Origin: Octopus sinensis
Lineage: Eukaryota
DNA: 64,000 nucleotides
Direction of reading: 5' to 3'
Assembly (NCBI RefSeq): GCF_006345805.1
Contig: NC_043006.1
Location: 14,260,001-14,324,000, forward strand
The notes beneath the pieces were generated by a model that made no database searches, was not told the DNA's origin, and was given only the letters and a program-made list of their open reading frames with translations. The position numbers and the translations under genes were made by a program. Within the stretch, counting starts at the first letter, position 1. Every line of letters begins with the position of its first letter. Shown in pieces: positions 39,923 to 51,012 of this stretch.

Positions 39923-40143
39923 CCCTTTTGATACCAACCTGGCTGAAACCAGCTCTGGCTCTGAGTACAAATGTCTTGTTTTCATAAGTTCTGAATTAAA
40001 ATCTTCCACCAAAACCTTAGTCACAATTTATGTTCCTAACACTAGCTTAATGACAACAAAGTTATTTTACTAAATTCTTTGTTATATTTAAATTAATTAA
40101 AAGAAACACAGAGCATCTCAAAATAAATACAGTAACGAAAGGG
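39923..40143. mobile_element. piggyBac-like MITE with TTAA TSD
   Basis: TTAA|cccttttgatac..gtaacgaaaggg|TTAA. Confidence 0.75.
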
Positions 40144-41295
40144 TTAAATATATATATATAAGACACAATATTAACATACACATTTTATGAAAATTGTTTA
40201 CCCACAACACTCTTTTTATTCTTTTTTTTACTCTTTTTACTTGTTTCAGTCATTTGACTGTGGCCATGCTGGAGCACCGCCTTTAGTCGAGCAAATCGAC
40301 CCCGGGACTTATTCTTTGTAAGCCCAGTACTTATTCTATCAGTCTCTTTTGCCGAACCGCTAAGTGACGGGGACGTAAACACACCAGCATCGGTTGTCAA
40401 GCAATGCTAGGGGAACAAACACAGACACACAAACATATTCACACACACTTATATATATATACATATATACGACAGGCTTCTTTCAGTTTCCGTCTACCAA
40501 ATCCACTCACAAGGCATTGGTCGGCCCGGGGCTATAGCAGAAGACACTTGCCCAAGATGCCACGCAGTGGGACTGAACCCGGAACCATGTGGTTGGTTAG
40601 CAAGCTACTTACCAAACAGCCACTCCTGCACCTAAAACACAAAGATTTAAAAAAGTTATCTATCTTCTAACATCCACTTTTCCTTGCTTACATGGGTCAG
40701 ATGGAACCTGTTGAAGTAGATTTTCTATGGCTGGTTGCCATTGCTGAGTAAATTATCATGTTTTGTTTTGTTATTTTTTATAATATGATTAAATGACTTG
40801 TTTTAAGACAGCATGTTTTTACATGCAAATTCTCTGAAAAATTATTTACCCACAACACAAAGATTTGAAAAAATTATTTATCTTCTTCTAACATCCACTT
40901 TTTCCTGCTTGCATGTCACGTGGAATTTGTTGAAGTAGAATTTTTTTTTTTTTTTTTTTGCTGGTTGCCATAGAAAAATATTATCTTGCTTGTTTCCACT
41001 CAAGGTAAATATTTCCCCATGTTTTTCATGAAAGACTTGAAACAAACAACAAAACATGATTGGCCAAGAAGCTCATTTACAACCATCATGTAATGTCAAG
41101 ACAGACAAACACATACACATACAAACACATACACACACAAACACATACACACACACACAAACACACACACACAAACACATACACACACAAACACACATTG
41201 GGTCATCCCATTAATAATGCGGTTTTTTAAGCTTCTTTTATTTTTCAAAATAAAGATAAACAAAGTTCTTTTTTAATCTAAAATATATTCTCCTT

Positions 41296-41520
41296 TGTGA
41301 AGTATATTTGTCACTTAAATGTGGCTAACCACTACGGGTGGATGTTACTGTAGCTTGTAGCCCCAGGAGAACATCTTCTCCAGCTGGCTATTGACATACT
41401 TTCTGTGCCCTATCAAGTGTGTCAATAGCCAACTGGAGAAGATGTTTTCCTGGGGCTACAAGCTACAATAGCATCCACCCTTAGTGGTTAGCCACATTTA
41501 AGTGGCAAATATACTTCACA
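41296..41520. repeat. Fold-back palindrome with 104-bp arms and a 17-nt loop
   Basis: 41296-41399 is the reverse complement of 41417-41520 with 7 mismatches. Confidence 0.95.
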
Positions 41521-42184
41521 TTGCCGGGCAGCTACTGTTTATACCTCGTTCAGAGATTTATTAATACTCTCCTTTATTTTCTACAATGCTCTTCCATCTA
41601 TGAGGTAGACTTGTAAGGCCCCTCTTCCAAAATTCACTTGTCCTTGATGTAATATACTCCTAATGATGTCATCTACAGAGGTCATATTTTTTTTCTGTCC
41701 AAATGATTTTGAAGACTGCGGAATAAATGATAATTAGATGGGATAATATCTGGTAGATATGGTGGGTGGGGTATCGTTTCCCAATCAAACTGCTCCAGCC
41801 TTTGGAATGTCATCCTCTCCTGAAAGTGGCCGAGCATTATCTTGATGGAGGAACAGCTTTCATCTTGAAAGCAAAGATGGTTGTATGTCTTCTAGTGCTG
41901 GTGCCAATGAATGGTTGAATGACCAAATACAATTTTCTCTGCTAGTTCCTCAACAGTTGCAATGGGATTTTGCTCCACCAGAGTTTGCAGGACATCCTCA
42001 TAGAGAACTACAGATCTTCAAGGATGAGATTCATCTAGTCTGTAGTTTCTGGCTCGGAATTTCTGGAACCACCATTGACATTGGCTTGTGCTTATTGTCC
42101 AATCTCCTTACACTACATTAATATTCCTCACACTTTCCATTACATTGTTGCCATTATTGAACTCATAAAGCAAAATATGTCAAA

Positions 42185-42574
42185 CTAGCTGTATCGCCCG
42201 GCGTTGCTCGGGTTTGTAAGGGAAATAACTATATAAGCATTTTTAGAGAGTTATAGCCAAAAAATAGCAAAAAATTGCATTAAAAATGGAAAAAAAATTA
42301 TGGTAAATTTTTTTTTAAATCGTTGACTCATCGTAGACATTTTTAGAGAGTTACTCCCTTATATAATAGCGAAAAAAATGCATTAAAATGGAAAAAAATG
42401 ATGGTAAATTTTTTTTTTAAATCGCAGACTCATCGTAGACACGCACTAATACCCAGAAGGGCTCGATATGAATCACGACTATAAGATACCCGGTTTTGCT
42501 TAAACTGCACCGTAAAATGTGGGAGTAGTTAGGAATCTAAATCGTAGGAGACAGACACACAACTTGACTTTTAT
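42185..42574 (-). mobile_element. Non-autonomous Helitron nested in the mariner
   Basis: Plus-strand a|ctag..cccggcgttgctcggg 3' end; interior matches the 23130-23350 part of the 22.5-kb Helitron. Confidence 0.85.
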
Positions 42575-43559
42575 ATATGTCAAATATACTCCTCTGTCAC
42601 TTACTTTGTAGCTTTGTAAAAATAATCATTAAAATCGAACTGCACTCTTCAAAACTTGTACTAAGAATAAGAACAAAGCAAAGTTACTACCTGCTTTTAT
42701 AGCAAGTTGATGCAGATAGTTTATCCCATCTCCCTCTGCAATTGAATTCATGCAATTGAAAAAACTGCATTATTTATGGGATGACCCAATACATATGGCT
42801 TTATGGCAAGGGGTTTGATTCCCAACAATGTGGTCCCAGGTTCAGTCCCACAACATGGCACCTTGGGCTAGGGTCTTCTATCATAACCTTGTGAGTGGAT
42901 TTGGTAGGCAAAAACTAAAAGAAGCCCATCATATGAGTGAGTGTACGTGTGTATGTGTGTGTGTGTGTGTGTGTCAGTGCTTGTCCACCACCACTGCTTG
43001 ACAACCAGTGTTGGTGTGTTTACATCCCCATAACTTAGTGGTTTAGCAAAAGAGAAGGATAGAATAAGTAGCCAGCTTAAAAGAAAAGTACAACAAAATG
43101 CTGGGGTTGATTTGTTCAACTAGCATTCTTTGATGTGGTATCCGAACACAGTCTCAGTCAAATGACTGAAACAAGTAAAAGATAAAAGACACACACACAC
43201 ACATGTTTACATATATATATATCTGTAAAATGATATGTGACTATTATTCAGTAGCCAAAATAAAAGTCTGAGTTGGTCAGTTAGGGCTAAAGTAGAAAAT
43301 ACTTGCCCAAGGTGACTCAAGGTGCTAAAACCCCTGCCTGCACTTATTTTACACCATAAATTACAAAACAGAATTTGACAATTTCATAGCATGTAATCAT
43401 CATCATCATCATCATCGTTTAACGTCCGTTCTCCATGCTAGCATGGGTTGGACGGTTCAACTGGGATCTGGGAAGCCCGAAGGCTGCACCAGGCCAGTCA
43501 GATCTGGCAGTGTTTCTACAGCTGGATGCTCTTCCTAACGCCAACCACTCCGTGAGTGT

Positions 43560-43880
43560 AGTGGGTGCTTTTTATGTGCCACCCACACAGGTGCCAGACG
43601 AGGCTGGCGTACGGCCACGCTCAGATGGTGTTTTTTATGTGCCACCGACACAGGTGCCAGACAAGGCTGGCGAACGGCCACGCTCGGATGGTGTTTTTTT
43701 TATGTGCCACGGACACAGGTGCCAGACGAGACTGGCGAACGGCCACGCTCGGATGGTGTTTTTTTTATGTGCCACAGACACAGGTGCCAGACGAAGAAAG
43801 CGAACGGCCACGCTCGGATGGTGTTTTTTACGTGCCCACAGCACGGAGGCCAGTCGATGCGGTACTGGCTACAGCCACGT
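43560..43880 (+). repeat. Minisatellite of about 62 bp (4-5 units) inside a family C retroposon
   Basis: gatggtgttttttatgtgccac..acaggtgccagac..gaacggccacgctc repeated. Confidence 0.85.
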
Positions 43881-45167
43881 TCGGATGGTTTTCTTATGTG
43901 CCACCGGCACTGGTACCAATATTTCTTTATTTTCTTTTCTTTTTTATTATATCTTATTTTATTTTGTGTTTTTTGTTGTTTTTTTCCTCTACTTTCTGAC
44001 TCCAAACCCCACCTGGGCAGGCTTTAGTATTCGTTACACCAAGGTCAATGAAATTTGAATTTGTAATATACCGAGGTTGAATCAATCATCTACATCTTTC
44101 CAATGTCACACAAATATTGGTCAGGTGCTTATGAAGGAAATCAATAATATACACCTGTAATTAGCAAAAAATCAATATGTCCAGAGAAATGAAGAATATA
44201 ATCAATGAAGGCAATGCAACAGAACAATTATTATATATATTTCTATTATGCTATGGATTAACGAGTGTGTGGTGTTAATTTATTCAGGTAATTTATACAC
44301 AAGGTGGAGCCTGGATATCACAAAACAGTGGCAGAATATTGGTGCAGTTGACTGCATTAAGGCAATGCATTGTTGTAGTCTTTAGAGCATTGCTATATTT
44401 GTTCTAATTCTCTGTGCCATGGTTTCAAATCCCACTGAAGTCAACTTTGGGTTTTACTCTTTTACTCTTTTACTCGTTTCAGTCATTTGACTGCGGCCAT
44501 GCTGGAGCACCGCCTTTAGTCGAGCAAATTGACCCCGGGACTTATTCTTTGTAAGCCCAGTACTTTTGCCAAACCGCTAAGTGACGGGGACGTAAACACA
44601 CACCAGCATCGGTTGTCAAGCAATGCTAGGGGGACAAACACAGACACACAGACACACACACAATACATATATATATGTACATATATATGACGGGCTTCTT
44701 TCAGTTTCCGTCTACCAAATCCACTCACAAGGCATTGGTCGGCCCGGGGCTATAGCAGAAGACACTTGCCCACGATGCCACGCAGTGGGATTGAACCCAG
44801 AACCATGTGGTTGGTTAGCAAGCTACTTACCACACAGCCACTCCTGCGCCTTATTTATTTATTTATTTTTGGTAGAGGGCAAAGAGTTAATAGATAAAGG
44901 AGTACAGGCTCAATTCTCTCTCTTTCTTTCTCTCCCTCACTCTCTCTTTATCTATCTATCTTTGTCTTTCTTTTTAACAAGGACAAGAAGAAAAAACATC
45001 AGCTGTGGTCAGATCTAGAAAGGGATAAGCTCAACAGCAGTTAAAAATTCCTAAGCCATTCTGTATATTATGATGGCACACAACTCCATACTGACAGAGA
45101 CAGAGAGAAAGAGGATAGAGAGACAGACAAAAGACAGATGTAAATGTGTGTGCATACATACATATAC

Positions 45168-45232
<65 letters not shown>

Positions 45233-47265
45233 TATATGCACACATAAAAACGTCTGGCTATAGGGGAATAGTACCTTGTTTGGAAAGAGGTGGGGATTGG
45301 CAACAGGAATGGTGTCCGACCCTAGAATGTCTGCCTCAATAAATTCCATCTGGCCCACGTAAGTGTAGAAAAGGGGACATTGAAATAATAATGATGATTA
45401 TAAATATGTACCACAACTACCATCATCATCATCATCGTCATTTGATGTCCATTTTCTCTGCTGGCATGGGTTGGATGGTTTGACTGAAGCTAATCTGTTT
45501 TAGCATGGTTTCTACAGCTGGATGCCTTTCCTGACACCAACCACTTTACATCGGGTAAAATAAAAAAGGTAAAGACCCCCTTCAATTATGGATGACCATG
45601 GGATTGCACCTAGAAAGTCCCCCACCCCACCCTTGAGGCTCAAGTCCGGGCAAGGTTGTTTATGGAAGACTAGCAGTCACCCATGCATACCAGCCTCCCC
45701 TTTCTATGCCACCAATGTTGTCCAAGAGAAAGGCAAAGGCTTTCTCAAGAATGCAACATACAGCCTGGTCTGGGAATCAAACTCACAACCTCATGATTGT
45801 GAGCCCAATGCTCTAACCACTGAGGCACGAAAAGGGGACATTAAAATAAAGATGATTATAAATATATACCACCACCACCACCACCATCATCATCATTTAA
45901 TGTCCATTTTTTTATGCTTGTATGGGTTGGATGGTTTGAAAGGAGCTGGTAATGTTGGGGGCCCACACCAGGTTCTATTGTCTGTCCTGGCATAATTTCT
46001 ACAGCTTGATGCCCTTAATAACATCAACCACTTTACAGAGGGTACTTAGTGGTTTTAACATGGCACCAGCACAAGTGTTTTTCATGCGACACCAACACCA
46101 TTCTGCTGTGGTGGACGAATCTTCTTGAAAACAACGAGACAGATATCTTGGTCCTTTGTCATCTCCTTTGTAAGGTTCAATGTCTTGAGACCAGCCTTCA
46201 ATGCTTTGTCCATGTCTTCCTTGGGTCTCCCTCTGCCACAAATTCCATCCACTTTGAGTGATCACCACTTCTGCATGCAACTGTCTATATCCATAAGCAT
46301 CACACGACCAAACCAACACAGTCTTTTCTCCCACCTTACCTCATCTAATTCCTCTTATGCCTAACTTTTCTTTCAGTACACTGGTTCTCTGTTGCACATG
46401 TGCACAGATGCACGTGTGTGTGTGTGTGTCTTTATGTCTATGTTTGTCCCCCAAACATCACTCGACAACCAATGTTCATGTGTTTACATCCCCATAACTT
46501 AGCAGTTCAGCAAAGAAGACCAACAGAATTAGTACTAGGCTTACAAAGAATAAATCCTGGGGTCACTTTCTTTGACTAAAAAAAAACCCCTTTAAAGTGG
46601 TGCTCCAGCATGGCCATGGCCACAGTCAAATGACTTAACAAGTAAAGGAATAAAAAAGAAAAAAGAATATAGAGTCTCGTTTTATTTTGCTTCTGAAAAC
46701 AACAAGAACACCGAATATAGAAATTGTATCAAACAATATCGATAAATATTGATATTGTTTACCATTCCTTACCAAAAAAAAAACGGTAAAAAAATAAAAC
46801 TGACATAAAATCACAGAGCAACAAAAAGTTTCTTATTTCTTAAATATTTTGTTTTAATATTTTTTTTTTATATTTTGTTTTAATATTTTTGTTGTTTCTT
46901 TTATCTAGTTCTATGATATATTATCCAAACTACTTTCCTTAAGAGAAGCACGGTGCTGTCTTTTTTATTTTTATTTATTTACTCATTTATTATTTTTTTT
47001 GTCAAAAATTTTGCACTAGTTTTTTTCATTTCAGAATCATGGTTTTATTTATATATATATAAACTAGTTCACAGATGTTTTGCGCTTGATGGGAATGCTG
47101 AGCTCCCTGTTCGAAGATATAAGGACACATACAGTGTGTCATATAGCCAGCTAGAAACGATAGTTCTTAGGGCTAAAACAACAGTAACGTCGTATCTTTT
47201 GGGTCAGCCACATTATGTTGGTAAATAACCTTTACTTTATATCTATATATATATATCTATATCTA

Positions 47266-47298
<33 letters not shown>

Positions 47299-47299
<1 letters not shown>

Positions 47300-47537
47300 G
47301 ATATGCCCTGATATAAAAATCTATTACGAAATTATTGACAGATTCAAGATGAAAACTTCACCTGACATCTATCCACTAATTGACAGGAATGTTATTTTCT
47401 TTGGCATGTTATGGTTTTTTTTTTTAAAATAACAAAGAAAACAAACATCCCTGTCAATTAGTGGATAGATGTCAGGTGAACTTTTCATCTTGAATCTGTC
47501 AATAATTTTGTAATAGATTTTATGTCAAGGCATGTCT
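47299..47537. repeat. Hairpin-type MITE with arms of about 105 bp
   Basis: 47299-47403 vs 47433-47537 are near-perfect inverted repeats around a roughly 30-bp AT-rich spacer. Confidence 0.85.
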
Positions 47538-47747
47538 GTCTGTCTGTCAGTCTGTCTATCTAATCTGTTTGTCTGTGTATGTGTGTGTATATATATATTA
47601 TATATACACATATATGTGTGTGTGTATACCGGAGTAAACACATAAATGTGAAACAAGGTGGAAAAAAAGAGTACTCAAATACCGATGAACGGCAAAAGGA
47701 AACTCAAAGTAACAGGTTTTGTTGAATTTTCTGCTGCTTTAAATAAG

Positions 47748-47781
<34 letters not shown>

Positions 47782-47797
47782 ATACATACATATATAA

Positions 47798-47828
<31 letters not shown>

Positions 47829-49065
47829 TAATATAGATACATACATACATAAAATCAAAATAAACAAGGATATTCACAAGACACATGCCCAAGATGCCAT
47901 ACAGTGGGACTGAACCTGAAACCACATAGTCAGGAAGCCAACTTCTTAACCACATAACTATGCCTGTATCTATTAGAGTTATCTTATGCACTACAGTTCA
48001 TTTCAATTTTCTGTACAGAAGTACAGAGTCAAGCTATTACTATCAAATGCTAAACTAAAGAGTATATTATTATAAGGTTGCCTCGAAATTTTAACATATT
48101 TTCAATCCTTTTTTTAACTCGATCTGAAGTGAAGTTCACATAAGACAAATCATTAAATAATCATACCCTATTAAAATCTAGTACATATACACCACATACT
48201 TCTCTTTTACTTGTTTCAGTCATTTGACTGTGGCCATGCTGGAGCACCGCCTTTAGTCGAGCAAACTGACCCCAGGACTTATTCTTTGTAAGTCTAGTAC
48301 TTATTCTATCGGTCTCTTTTGCCAAACCGCTAAGTTACAGGGATATAAACACACCAGCATCGGTTGTCAAGCGATGTTGGGGGGGACAAACACAGACACA
48401 CACATACATATGTATATATATATATATGATGGGCTTCTTTCAGTTTCCACCTACCAAATCCACTCACAAGGCTTTGGTCAGCTGAGGCTATAGTAGAAGA
48501 CACTTGCCCAAGGTACCATGCAGTGGGACTGAACCCTGAACCATGTGGTTGGTAAGCAAGCTACTTACCACACAGCCACTCCTATGCCTACGGCATTTTC
48601 TGTCAACCAAGTCTATTCACAAGGCTTTGGTCGGTCAGGGGCTATAGAAGACACTTACCCAAGGTGTCACACAGTGGGGCTGACCCTGAAACGGTGCCTA
48701 ACTTATATCTTTTACCTTTCACTTGCTTCAGTCATTAGACTGCAGCCATTCTGGGGCACAGCTTTGGAGAATTTTTAGTCAAATGAATCAACCTCAATAC
48801 CTAATTTTTTTGCTAAGCCTGGTACTTACTCTATCAGTCTTTTTTACTGAACTGCTAAGTTACAGGGCTTTAAACACACCAACACTGGTTGTCAAACAGT
48901 GGTGGAAGACAAAGAGATATATATATGATGGGCTTCTTTCAGTCTCCGTCTACCAAATCCACTCACAAGGCTTTGATCAGCCCAAGGCTATAATAGAAGA
49001 CATTTGCCCAAGGTGCCACACAATGGGACTGAACCCGGAACCATGTGGTTAGGAAGCAAGCTTCT

Positions 49066-49655
49066 TATTTCTTTACTGCCCACAAGAGGCTACACACAGA
49101 GGGGACAAACAAGGGCAGACAGATTAAGTCAATTGTATCGACCCCAGTGTATAACTGGTCCTTATTTAATTGACCCCGAAAGGATGAAAGGCAATGTCGA
49201 CCTCAGCGGAATTTGAACTCAGAACATAGAGGCAGAAGAAATACCTATTTCTTTACTACCCACAAGGGGCTAAACACAGAGAGGACAAACAAGGACAGAG
49301 AAATGGATTAAGTCGATTATACTGACCTCAGTGCGTAACTGGTACTTATTTAATCAACCCCGAAAGGATAAAAGGCAAAGTGGACCTCGGCGGAATTTGA
49401 ACTCAAAACATAGCAGCAGAAGAAATACCTATTTCTTTACTACCCACAAGGGTCTAAACACAGAAAGAACAAACAAGGACAGACAAATGGATTAAGTCGA
49501 TTATATCAACCCCAGTGCGTAACCGGTACTTAATTTATCGACCCTGAAAGGATGAAAGGCAAAGTCGACCTCGGCGGAATTTGAACTCAGAACGTAGCAG
49601 CAGACGAAATACCACTAAGCTTTTCGCCCAGCGTGCTAAGGTTTCTGCCAGCTTC
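49066..49655 (-). repeat. Three head-to-tail partial copies of the roughly 235-bp SINE
   Basis: tatttctttact..cacaag restarts at about 49067, 49247 and 49430. Confidence 0.85.
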
Positions 49656-49950
49656 TAGGTACTGGCATGGGTATGTGGTAAGAAGCAAGCTTTTTACCAC
49701 ATACCCATGACTGTACCTAGAAGATATATAAACAGGGCTAATTAAGCCATTTCTCCATAGATTGAAAATTGATGAACGGCCTTTCTCGATTTTTAAAACT
49801 TATTTCTCATCAGGGGTGTTCCACATCAATTTCACCAAATCCAATGTACATTAATATCATATCACTATTGCTGCAGCAGTAAATAAACAACATACATGTT
49901 CAAAATGCAAAGTGTAAAACACACTTGTCAGATATATAACCAAAAATATG

Positions 49951-49956
49951 TTTATT
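49951..49956 (-). terminator. Candidate POP1 polyadenylation signal AATAAA (further copies at about 49966-49982)
   Basis: Plus-strand tttatt hexamers 40-70 nt downstream of the POP1 stop codon. Confidence 0.55.
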
Positions 49957-50020
49957 AAAATGATGTTTATTATTTATTTATTTTTTTATAGATTTAGTAA
50001 ATAAAATGAAAGTGGTTAGG

Positions 50021-51012
50021 TTAGGAAATAATAGATAATTTAGCATAACGATATTCTAATGATTTAATACTTCTGACCAAAATTATAGATTTGGAATTTG
50101 GTAACAGCTCTTGCAAACCAACTACAGAACAGAATCCGATGCCAACACCAGAAGCCTTTAAAAAAGAGTATCTCCCTGTTGTAAGAAATCCAATAATCTT
50201 CCGTGATGTACTTGACAATGGAAGTAACTGACCCGTCCCAGTTTTTAGTTTATCTTCAAACAATCTTGATGGCTTTGTTTTTTTATTTTCTTCACATTCT
50301 TTGGTCCCTCTTTTGACTTTGTGTAGTGGTTCCTTAACCTCTGCTGCTTTCTTAGATTTCAGATTTACAAGATCCCTTTTCAAGGGCACACAAATCATTG
50401 AACAGTGCTCTGGAACTCCTTTAGATACCATTTCTACAATTACCGGTACTATGGCCTGCTTGTAAAAACCATCTCCAACAAAATGTTTTGAAATTTTCAA
50501 TTTGGAATCGTTAGTAGATGATATTAATCTACTGAGAGCAATTAGTTTTTTACGGTCCCTCAACACACAAAACTTCTGAATGAGGTCTTTATTTAGTTCT
50601 TGTACCAAGGAAAGATAATCTGTATAAAAAGGAACAGGAATGCCAAGCCGCTCAAAATTGGGTCGCTTACTTGGTGGTCGTCGCATATAAACCCCCAGTT
50701 TGTTTGTTTTTATCACAGACATTTCATCAAGACCAGCTTCCGTGTCGGGATAGTCGAATGGAAAATACAACTCCCCTACTTCTAATGATGTCCTGTAGGC
50801 TTCAGAAAGACCACCCACCTGAGCACCTTGATACACTAGAGCTATCCAAAATGCCATTCCCCATCCAGCTGGAAGTATGATATCACAGCCGTTTCCAAGC
50901 CGAGGGTTTGCAAAAGTAGAATTACAAGGCTGAAATAATGACTGTATTCCTGGTCTTTGGATTAAAAGCATTGGAATTCGAGATGAAGAATCTAGAAGAT
51001 GCAATTGATAAC
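50021..51012 (-). CDS. POP1: POP1 terminal exon (POPLD region and C-terminus)
   Basis: Acceptor ttttctgtttcag|G at 51013/51012; stop TAA at 50023-50021; ORF track 50021..51055 with GWGMAFWIAL and RRPPSKRPNF motifs. Confidence 0.96.

Larger units (their letters stand above)
41198..42789 (-). mobile_element. Second mariner copy of the same family with nested insertions (fold-back at 41296-41562, Helitron at 42185-42574)
   Basis: TIRs ttgggtcatcccattaataatgc and gcattatttatgggatgacccaa; minus-strand HQDNARP and YEFNNG fragments. Confidence 0.85.
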
